From the IMG/VR virus record IMGVR_UViG_3300031759_000010: 64,000 bases of DNA; one strand, written 5' to 3'. The DNA is from a virus. Under the pieces are notes generated by a model. The model was not told the origin of the DNA and made no database searches. It was given only the letters and a program-made list of their open reading frames with translations. The translations under genes were made by a program, and so were the position numbers. Within the stretch, counting starts at the first letter, position 1, and each line of letters opens with the position of its first letter. Below, piece by piece: positions 19,547-27,306 of this stretch.

Positions 19547-20206
19547 TTAGCTTGCCCGTTCCAACTGGGACAGCTTCTCGTTCAATACTTCAGCCCGCGT
19601 CTTGCCATCAGCGTTCACGGCCCGCCCAAAAGCCTTCAGGGCCCCACGGACCCCGGTTGCTGCCGCAGGAGTAACCCCGGGAATCGACTGAGAAGAACTC
19701 TTCTCCTTCGCTTTCTCCTCCGCGCGGCGCTCAACCTCAAGCTCCGTGTGGCGGTCGCGGGTCCACTCCTTGTAGGCTTCCTTCGGAGACGAGAAAGTCC
19801 TCCCCGAGTCACCCACAAACTTGTTCAAGGCTTCCAAATCAAGATCCTCGCCAAAGAGCTGCTTGTGCTCGTTGCGGATCTGCATGGTGTCGTCAGCCAT
19901 CCTGATCGCGCGGCCGAGAAAGGCAGAGCCCTCAGCCTGAACAACAGCCTTGGCTTGCTCTTTTGCGATCTCGCTAAACTTCGGCGTCAGAGATGTCTCA
20001 AAATCTGTAAACGATGTCTTCAGGGTCTTGGTCAAATCTTCCAAGGTGAAACCAGAAATAGAGCCAGACTCAGGAATACCCCTTCCATCGTCCAGATAGG
20101 TGACCAGCTCTTCGCCGCGCACCAACTTGTCCGCAAGGCCTGCCGCCTGAATCTTGGCGATTGCGTCTTCCCCGAGAACACCCTTCAGCTCGTCAATGAT
20201 TGCCAT
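19547..20206 (-). CDS. putative scaffolding protein
   Basis: 219 aa, charged and predicted helical (E/K/A-rich), immediately upstream of the capsid-like gene. Confidence 0.45.
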   Translation of the reverse strand: MAIIDELKGVLGEDAIAKIQAAGLADKLVRGEELVTYLDDGRGIPESGSISGFTLEDLTKTLKTSFTDFETSLTPKFSEIAKEQAKAVVQAEGSAFLGRAIRMADDTMQIRNEHKQLFGEDLDLEALNKFVGDSGRTFSSPKEAYKEWTRDRHTELEVERRAEEKAKEKSSSQSIPGVTPAAATGVRGALKAFGRAVNADGKTRAEVLNEKLSQLERAS

Positions 20207-20223
20207 AAAATCCTATCCTCCTG

Positions 20224-20613
20224 TTACGCGCCCGGAACAGCCTCGGGACCTGGTTGCGGCGGAGGAGCCGAAGCCTCAGCCGGTGGGGGTGCTTGTCCGC
20301 CAGGAGCGCCGCCGCCATCAAGAACGGAGGGATCCTGCTTCATAGAGGTTGCAACAAATTTCTTGAGGCTATCCTTGGCCGCATCCAGATTTGGATCCGG
20401 CTTTCCGCCAAGTTTGGCTTCGAGCTTCTTGAAAACCTCAAACACGGCCTTCAATGCCTCGATAACCTCGTCACCTGCCCCACCCTTCTTAGCCGGAGGA
20501 GGCGCTTGACGCATGGACGCGACCCTGGAGTAGTAGTCCGGGGGGGTGGACCCAGAAGGCCCCCCACCGCTGCCGCCGCCGAAGCTGTCCGCTACTACGT
20601 TTGCGTTTGCCAT
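20224..20613 (-). CDS. hypothetical G/P/A-rich protein (129 aa)
   Basis: Track ORF. Confidence 0.45.
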   Translation of the reverse strand: MANANVVADSFGGGSGGGPSGSTPPDYYSRVASMRQAPPPAKKGGAGDEVIEALKAVFEVFKKLEAKLGGKPDPNLDAAKDSLKKFVATSMKQDPSVLDGGGAPGGQAPPPAEASAPPPQPGPEAVPGA

Positions 20614-20621
20614 CTTGTCCC

Positions 20622-20801
20622 TTACTGGTTATCCGGGTAGGCGTTCTTCACGTTGGGAGAGATACCCTTGGCCGGGATCTTTCCGGCATCGTGATAGGAC
20701 ACGCCAATTGCATGAAACACACCCTTCTTCAGCTTTGCCGTCTTGGCTGCTGGTCCGAAGGTGTCTTCCGTCGCCTTGTTGGTCTCAACAAACTTCTTCA
20801 T
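20622..20801 (-). CDS. hypothetical small protein (59 aa)
   Basis: My own translation (below the track size cutoff): MKKFVETNKATEDTFGPAAKTAKLKKGVFHAIGVSYHDAGKIPAKGISPNVKNAYPDNQ. Stop lies 9 nt before the next ATG. Confidence 0.35.
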   Translation of the reverse strand: MKKFVETNKATEDTFGPAAKTAKLKKGVFHAIGVSYHDAGKIPAKGISPNVKNAYPDNQ

Positions 20802-20818
20802 CTGGATTCTCCAGTTGT

Positions 20819-20842
20819 GAGGGGGATGTCTCCATCCCCCTC
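20819..20842. other. perfect 10-bp hairpin GAGGGGGATG-TCTC-CATCCCCCTC
   Basis: Lies between the 22-aa micropeptide ORF and the 59-aa ORF. A T-run follows only on the plus strand (TTGGTTTT). Confidence 0.5.
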
Positions 20843-20865
20843 TTGGTTTTAAATCTGCTGCGTGA

Positions 20866-20934
20866 TTACTTCACGCGCTTTGCGCTACGCTTGCCGTGGC
20901 GCTTTCCACCCTTGCGGCCCTTGTGACGTGCCAT
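20866..20934 (-). CDS. 22-aa Arg/Lys-rich micropeptide candidate
   Basis: My own translation: MARHKGRKGGKRHGKRSAKRVK stop. First ORF of the leftward unit, divergent from the glycosyltransferase cassette. Confidence 0.25.
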   Translation of the reverse strand: MARHKGRKGGKRHGKRSAKRVK

Positions 20935-20938
20935 ATGG

Positions 20939-22309
20939 ATGTACTCCTTTCGTGAAAGGATCGGCGTTTTTAACGTGCCCGTCTCCACGAACACCAAAGT
21001 AACCAAACATGGTTACCTTGGAGTTGATTTAACTGTACCCAATCAGATTGGCGTGTCAAGAGATACGTCCAAATTGACATCTTTTTTCCTCGACCCGTTC
21101 TGCGCCAGAGTAAAATGTTCTTGCGGAGGAGACGTGCCACATAAAATCCTTGTTCTCTCGGACTTACCGACATCCAGCTCTGGATTAGCGAAAATATCGC
21201 GCGAACTGGCGTGCAGAATCAATAAGATGGAAGATTTCGAGGTTGCCAGTTATGGGTCTGGAGGAATCGCCTCCAAGCGCTTCCCGTGGCCACAATGCGA
21301 ACTGGCTGGTCCAAATGCTCTTGCCCCTCAAAATCTCCCAGAAGCATGGACAGACTTCGCCGGAAATGAAAGAGGAACCCTGCTTACGATATGGAATCCG
21401 GGATGGCTCGGGTGGCTTACGCATCCAGAGCTTCTGCCGGACGGGAAGCTGAAAAACTTCATCCAATCCGATCCATTTGATGTTTGGGCATACCTCCCCC
21501 TGGACGCCGAAGGCCCGGACGGCCGCGTACCACTGGGAATTGCGAATATCATCAAGAGGTTCGACCGGCCCCTGGCTTACACGCAATGGGAGGCCGACAT
21601 GATCGACAAGACCATCGGCGGCAACATAGAACATCTTCCACATGGAACCGACTCGTCAATCTTCTATCCGCGAGACAGAGAGTCATCCCGGTCCTCCCTG
21701 GTCAACTTGGTCACAGAAAAAGGCGACTATCCAATCAAAGATGGAACCCTGATGATTGGGGTTGTGGCCACAAACAGCGCCAGAAAGGATTGGCAACTGG
21801 CGTTCCAAGTTGGGCGGGAACTCGTGAATCGCGGACTCAATATCGGCCTCTGGTGCCACACGGATGCCTATGTAAAATACTGGGATATCCCCGCCCTTAT
21901 TGCCGAATACGGGTTGGATGGGAGGGTTATCGTCTCCAACAAACACCTCACCGACAACGAGGTGGCTACCTGCTTTTCCGCCTGCGACGTCACCTTTGGA
22001 ATAGGTAGGGGCGAGGGGTGGGGATTACCCCTAAGCGAATCTCTTGCGGCCGGGACTCCGGTTGTTCATGGAAAATACGCCGGAGCCACCGAATTCATAC
22101 CGCCCAATATGCTCGTTGAGCCCATAGCGCTTTTCAACGACGACTTCTACGGACACCAGAGGCCGGTCTTCAATGTGTCAGACTGGGCAGACAAAACCAT
22201 CTTCGCGGCATCGCTCGGAACCGGAAAATCTCTCCTCGATCCCAAGTTCTACTGGGACAACTGCTGGGCGAGCTGGGAAGAGTGGCTGAAGAGAGGAATT
22301 GCCAAGTGA
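20939..22309 (+). CDS. glycosyltransferase, GT4/GT1-like (GT-B fold)
   Basis: C-terminal GRGEGWGLPLSESLAAGTPVV matches the E-x7-E retaining-GT motif region. The likely true start is GTG 21134, after GGAGGA (VPHKILVLSD...). Confidence 0.75.
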   Translation: MYSFRERIGVFNVPVSTNTKVTKHGYLGVDLTVPNQIGVSRDTSKLTSFFLDPFCARVKCSCGGDVPHKILVLSDLPTSSSGLAKISRELACRINKMEDFEVASYGSGGIASKRFPWPQCELAGPNALAPQNLPEAWTDFAGNERGTLLTIWNPGWLGWLTHPELLPDGKLKNFIQSDPFDVWAYLPLDAEGPDGRVPLGIANIIKRFDRPLAYTQWEADMIDKTIGGNIEHLPHGTDSSIFYPRDRESSRSSLVNLVTEKGDYPIKDGTLMIGVVATNSARKDWQLAFQVGRELVNRGLNIGLWCHTDAYVKYWDIPALIAEYGLDGRVIVSNKHLTDNEVATCFSACDVTFGIGRGEGWGLPLSESLAAGTPVVHGKYAGATEFIPPNMLVEPIALFNDDFYGHQRPVFNVSDWADKTIFAASLGTGKSLLDPKFYWDNCWASWEEWLKRGIAK

Positions 22310-23715
22310 GAATCTGTCTGGTTACTCCACCCAGCCCATTCCTCCTCGACCAGCGGGTCTTTGTCTCTCTCGGAATCCTGAAGGTCGGAGCCGTACTTGA
22401 GCGCCAAGGGTTCTCCGTTGACCACGTTGACCTGACTGGAGTCTCCAACTACGAGGAGGCTATAAGGGACTACCCCCACAAAGACGCAATCTTCGCCCTC
22501 ACGGCAACCACCCCTCAAATGCCATCCGCGATAGCCATCAGATCTGCCCTTGCAGGCTCTCGCACCATCCTGGGAGGCCCACATACCACCCTAATCAACG
22601 CAGCGGCCAAGAAGGGCAACCAGAGGTCAGCAGAGATGCTGTCAGAGCTGGTCTCCATATTTGGAACAGTGGTCGCCGGAGATGGAGAGAAGTCAATTTT
22701 CACCGCCATACACCAGCGGGGGCTTATTGACGCCGACGACCCCAAGTCGATCCTCTGGAATACCTCCAAAGACTTCACAGATGACCCATGGCCAGCCCGT
22801 CACCTGGTGGACATGTCTTCCTACCACTACACGGTAGACGGAAGAAAGTCATACTCTCTGATCGGCCAAACCGGGTGCCCGATGCACTGCAACTTCTGCG
22901 GAGGAAGAAACTCTCCCATGTTGAGGCAGATTCGCAAGCGGTCCACAGAAAACATCGTCGCCGAAATGATGCACCTTCACGACGTGTATGGTGCCGATGG
23001 AGCCATGTTTTACGACGACGAACTCAATATCAACAAAAGCATCATCCCACTGATGAGGCAAATTGCCAACACCGGGGTTGACTGGCGTCTGCGCGGATTC
23101 GTGAAGTCTGAATTGTTCACCGAAGAGCAGGCGGAGTCGATGTATGCGGCCGGTTTTCGCTGGCTTCTCTGTGGATTCGAGGCGGCGCATCCGCGCATCC
23201 TCCGCAATATCGCCAAAAACGCCACCGTCCAAGACAACACTAACATGCTAAGAATCGCCCACAAGCACGGCTTAAAGGTCAAAGCCCTCATGAGCGTCGG
23301 CCACCCCGCAGAGAGCGAAGAGACAATCCTCGCCATGCGCGACTGGCTGCTCGACGAAAAGCCCGACGACTTCGACGTAACCGTGATCACTGTGTATCCG
23401 GGAACTCCGTACCATGACAGCGCTATCGAGGTCGCGCACCCGATATACAGGTTCGACACGTTTGGCGATTCTCTCTACTTTGAGAGCGTTGACTTCAACA
23501 AAGAGCAAGCCTTTTACAAGGGAAAGCCGGGAGAATACCGCTCCTATGTGTGGACAGACTTCATTTCGCGCGAACGCCTGGCGCAGATGCGAGATGAGAT
23601 AGAAGATGAGGTGCGGTCAAAACTGTCCATCCCTTACCCCACGGCGGCGGAAGCAGTAGCCTATGAACACAGCATGGGCATGAGCCTGCCCACCAACATA
23701 TTGAGGACAAAATGA
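22282..23715 (+). CDS. B12-binding-domain radical SAM protein
   Basis: CPMHCNFCGG is a CxxxCxxC 4Fe-4S/SAM motif. The N-terminal VRICLVTPP...ILGGPHTT resembles a cobalamin-binding Rossmann domain. Probable start is GTG 22306, overlapping the upstream TGA. Confidence 0.8.
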   Translation: MAEERNCQVRICLVTPPSPFLLDQRVFVSLGILKVGAVLERQGFSVDHVDLTGVSNYEEAIRDYPHKDAIFALTATTPQMPSAIAIRSALAGSRTILGGPHTTLINAAAKKGNQRSAEMLSELVSIFGTVVAGDGEKSIFTAIHQRGLIDADDPKSILWNTSKDFTDDPWPARHLVDMSSYHYTVDGRKSYSLIGQTGCPMHCNFCGGRNSPMLRQIRKRSTENIVAEMMHLHDVYGADGAMFYDDELNINKSIIPLMRQIANTGVDWRLRGFVKSELFTEEQAESMYAAGFRWLLCGFEAAHPRILRNIAKNATVQDNTNMLRIAHKHGLKVKALMSVGHPAESEETILAMRDWLLDEKPDDFDVTVITVYPGTPYHDSAIEVAHPIYRFDTFGDSLYFESVDFNKEQAFYKGKPGEYRSYVWTDFISRERLAQMRDEIEDEVRSKLSIPYPTAAEAVAYEHSMGMSLPTNILRTK

Positions 23716-24245
23716 ACATTGAGAAAGCCCTCGCAACACCCGGATGGATGGGGGAAAGGGACCTGGAGTACCTTGCCCATGCCGCATCCAAATCCTCAAC
23801 CATCGTTGAAGTAGGGTCGTGGATGGGACGCAGCACCCTGGCCCTGGCCTGCAATACCGCCGGAACAATCTATGCCGTGGATACATGGCAAGGAACCGAA
23901 CAGCAGGGCGACTTTTTGGCAGACAAGGATCCGGACTGGCTCCTTGGAGAATTCAGAAAATACACCTCATGCGCGGCAAATATCATCATCTGCAAGGGGC
24001 CATCGGCAGATATCGCCGCATCCTTTCCAGACATCACCGCCGACCTGATCTTCATCGATGGGTATCACACCTATGAAGGAGTGAGAGACGACATCCTGGC
24101 ATGGAGACCCAAACTTCGCCCCGGAGGAATCCTCTGCGGACACGATTACGGAGCCCCGCCTTGGGATGGAGTCAAGCAGGCGGTGGATGAGCTGGTACCC
24201 AAGTTTCGCATTATCGATTCAATCTGGACTACGGAGGAAGAGTGA
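23712..24245 (+). CDS. class I SAM-dependent methyltransferase (Methyltransf_24-like)
   Basis: VEVGSWMGRST (glycine-rich SAM loop) and FIDGYHTYEGV...GGILCGHDY pattern. 4-nt overlap with the radical SAM gene. Confidence 0.75.
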   Translation: MNIEKALATPGWMGERDLEYLAHAASKSSTIVEVGSWMGRSTLALACNTAGTIYAVDTWQGTEQQGDFLADKDPDWLLGEFRKYTSCAANIIICKGPSADIAASFPDITADLIFIDGYHTYEGVRDDILAWRPKLRPGGILCGHDYGAPPWDGVKQAVDELVPKFRIIDSIWTTEEE

Positions 24246-24892
24246 GCGATTACAAGATGTGGATTCCATACCTTAACCGTCCCGACCTTCTCGATACGGC
24301 CGTAAGGTCATCTGAAGCCTACGGTTCAAACCGTATCATTATTGACAACTCCCCAGAAGGCCTGCCAACAGACACCTGGATGCACTGGCATGGAGTCTAC
24401 GTTCTTCGCCCCCTGGTTCCCCTTTCATGCCCCCAAACCTTCAACTACATCATGAGGACGACACAAGAACAGGGAGCAAACATCTGCATCTGGATGCACA
24501 ACGACGCCGAGCCCCACCCAGGCGTATGCGAAGAGCTTCTCAAGATCGCGCGTCAGTCCAACCTTCAAGGCAGAAAGTGGGGAGTCCTGTGGACCCACTA
24601 CGACACGCTGTCGGCTATCAACACAGATTTACTGTCGGCAGGCGTCGAGTGGGACACAACCTTTTGGCAGTATTTTTGCGACAACGACTTCTATCGGAGG
24701 GTTCGTCTGGCTGGATACGAGTGCATTGACACTGGTCTTCAGGTGAACCACCCCGGAAGCCAGACCATCAACAGCGATCCAGCCATAAAACTGAAGAACA
24801 ATGCAACCTTCATGCTCTACAGGGACTACTACATCCGCAAGTGGGGCGGAGAGCCGGGGCACGAAGCATTTACAACCCCATTCGGAGTCTAA
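24242..24892 (+). CDS. glycosyltransferase family 2-like protein
   Basis: N-terminal IPYLNRPDLLDTAV...IIIDNSP is typical of small GT-A enzymes. 4-nt overlap with the upstream gene. Confidence 0.55.
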   Translation: MSDYKMWIPYLNRPDLLDTAVRSSEAYGSNRIIIDNSPEGLPTDTWMHWHGVYVLRPLVPLSCPQTFNYIMRTTQEQGANICIWMHNDAEPHPGVCEELLKIARQSNLQGRKWGVLWTHYDTLSAINTDLLSAGVEWDTTFWQYFCDNDFYRRVRLAGYECIDTGLQVNHPGSQTINSDPAIKLKNNATFMLYRDYYIRKWGGEPGHEAFTTPFGV

Positions 24893-26716
24893 CTACTTCT
24901 TCTTCCCAGATTCCTTTGCTTGGTGGGCAGCCTGCCCCATAGCCATGGCCATCTGCGCCTTCTTCGCGGACTCTTCGTCGAGGCGGCGCTGAATCAGTGA
25001 GATGTTCAGGTTCGCGTTGAACTTGGAGTTCAGGAACTCAAGGAAGGTGGTGTGATCAATCTCACCCGCCCTGCGAAGCTGCGACATCTGCGCCAGCTCA
25101 TCCGTGCGCTCAATCGCCAGCAAAGAACCACGGCGAATCGTAAACGACACGTTGCGAACGAAATCCTCGGGCTCCATGGTGGCTGGGCAGAGGTGCTTGT
25201 AGTAGGGGTGGAAGTCGGAGTCGGTCAATCCCTTCGATCCATACTGAGCCACGCGCTTATCGGCCGTCTCAAACTGCAACATGTTGCTGACAACCATCAC
25301 GCCGACCTCTTCCATAAAAGACTGGAGGCCGCGCCCATACAGGCGAATGTTTCCCGCCCGCGAGTTGACAATCATTTCCAGGGAATCGCCGCCCGGAATC
25401 TGTTTCTTCTGGAGGGTCTGGTTCACTGCCGCCGCGCCAGAGTTCATCGCCATCTCCTTGTCGATTCCGTCACGCATCGGCATGGTGTAGTTGCCAAGCT
25501 CGGGAGGCTTGCGAAACTCAGGAGGACGAGGAGAGTTGTTGCGGTAGAAAATCTTGCCACCAGGGGCTCCGGGGTCAATTGAGTCTTTGTCCTGATCGCT
25601 AAACGCCGCCATAGGGGCCATCATCGTCGGCTCTATAGTGGAGTTGATTACATCCAGAACTCCTCCCTCAATCCGATTCAAAATAGCCTGCATGGCGCAC
25701 AGGGGATCCATGATGCTTTGACCGGCAAACTTCCACGGAACGCGGAGTGGGCGATAGATCGCGAACGGAAACCGGCCGTGCCAATATGGATTCGGCGCAT
25801 CCTCAAGAACCCTTCCTCCGGCCACCGCCAACACGCGGCCACGAGGATACTTCGGCATGCCCGGTTCAACCCGATACGACCAGCAGGCGTTCGGATCTCC
25901 AATGATTATCGACTCCGACCCATCCCAAATGCTGTCGTCCTTAAACCAGAACTCCTTGTAAATCACCTTGGGAAACTTGGTGGTTGGAGCCCCGGCCCCA
26001 GAGTTGGCCAATTTGGAGTGGATGTTCCTCATCAAAGGACTCAATTTGGCCCAGCGGCGAGAAGACACAGCGTTCGGCCTTTGCGGGGTAGCCGACATCT
26101 CCGACTCGATGTCAGGCTGAACTCCGTAAGCAACCTCCCCAAACCGGCGGACCAGCCATGGCTTGGTAACCACCCGGCGAACAATGCAAACCTCAGCCTC
26201 GGCCTGAAGACGGCCAGAAGCGCCAATCTGAAGAAAATCGAGGGGCGACAGCGGCTGGAAATCGTTGCTTCCCATGCCGTTTCGCAGATAGGGGTTCCAC
26301 TGAACCTTGACGGGACCATAGGAGATCAGGCCATACATGACCACCTGAACCAGTTCCTGCTCGAAATCGGACATATACGTCCAATCCGTGAGCATCCGAT
26401 TCATCAGGCTTTCGACTTCAGAGTAGTTCTCGTCCGCATCGGTGAACTTGACCCGGACATCCGGCTGAATATCGGTGAGCATCGACGCCATCTCGACAAA
26501 CTGACGAACAACGCGATTAGCCACCGGACGTGAGCGTCCGTGCCTGGCCGTTGAAGCCCACTGTTTTCCCTCAAGGAAGTCGATGACTCTCTGAACCTGT
26601 TTCGATTCGGGAGACGACATAAGCTCTGAATCGGCTTCCTCATAGACAGAATTTGCCCAATCGAGGACTTCGGCTTCCAGCTTAACTTCGGGGCGCTCTT
26701 GTAGGGAGGCGTTCAC
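24893..26716 (-). CDS. putative portal protein
   Basis: 607-aa ORF one gene downstream of the large terminase. Called from size and position. Confidence 0.6.
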   Translation of the reverse strand: MNASLQERPEVKLEAEVLDWANSVYEEADSELMSSPESKQVQRVIDFLEGKQWASTARHGRSRPVANRVVRQFVEMASMLTDIQPDVRVKFTDADENYSEVESLMNRMLTDWTYMSDFEQELVQVVMYGLISYGPVKVQWNPYLRNGMGSNDFQPLSPLDFLQIGASGRLQAEAEVCIVRRVVTKPWLVRRFGEVAYGVQPDIESEMSATPQRPNAVSSRRWAKLSPLMRNIHSKLANSGAGAPTTKFPKVIYKEFWFKDDSIWDGSESIIIGDPNACWSYRVEPGMPKYPRGRVLAVAGGRVLEDAPNPYWHGRFPFAIYRPLRVPWKFAGQSIMDPLCAMQAILNRIEGGVLDVINSTIEPTMMAPMAAFSDQDKDSIDPGAPGGKIFYRNNSPRPPEFRKPPELGNYTMPMRDGIDKEMAMNSGAAAVNQTLQKKQIPGGDSLEMIVNSRAGNIRLYGRGLQSFMEEVGVMVVSNMLQFETADKRVAQYGSKGLTDSDFHPYYKHLCPATMEPEDFVRNVSFTIRRGSLLAIERTDELAQMSQLRRAGEIDHTTFLEFLNSKFNANLNISLIQRRLDEESAKKAQMAMAMGQAAHQAKESGKKK

Positions 26717-26760
26717 GCTTGGATTTTATCCTGACATCACTGTTTTGTCGCGAGTTACGT

Positions 26761-27294
26761 CTATTCCTGTGAACCCTGCCCCTGTAGACCCTTGGCCGCA
26801 TTGGCAAACAGGGCCGCCAAACGCTGGGAGTCGCGCGTAACCTGCTCGTTCTCGGCAACCAGACGAGCGTTGTCCTCAACCACAGCCAAAATGTCCTCCT
26901 GCTTGCGAATGTTGGACTTTTGCAGCTTCCTCACCGTATCCCCGGTCAGAAACAAAAAGTCGTCATCCAGCATGGTTGAGAGAACAGAGTTCAAGGTAGA
27001 GTTCACGCGCCCCGAGAATTTAGAGGAAAAGCGATTCCAGATATCCTTCCGCAGCCAGCACTCCGCCTTCACGTCCAGGGTAGGATTCGGAATCTCCTTG
27101 GTGACGAACGGCACCATGTCAGGGTGCATAGACTGAAGCTGCATATAGGGAATCTCGTGGCCAACATCACACTTAAACAGGTGGGCAGAGCGCTTCAGGT
27201 TGACATCTCTCACCCCGCGCGTATCCCTGCACATTGGGCAATACATACCACTTTCCGCACTCATGGGCGGTAAAAACTGACCCGTCGTCGCCAT
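26761..27294 (-). CDS. hypothetical zinc-ribbon plus coiled-coil protein
   Basis: CPMC...C..GH near the N-terminus. Sits between the terminase and portal genes. Confidence 0.5.
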   Translation of the reverse strand: MATTGQFLPPMSAESGMYCPMCRDTRGVRDVNLKRSAHLFKCDVGHEIPYMQLQSMHPDMVPFVTKEIPNPTLDVKAECWLRKDIWNRFSSKFSGRVNSTLNSVLSTMLDDDFLFLTGDTVRKLQKSNIRKQEDILAVVEDNARLVAENEQVTRDSQRLAALFANAAKGLQGQGSQE

Positions 27295-27306
27295 TACTCC
27301 TCCAAA

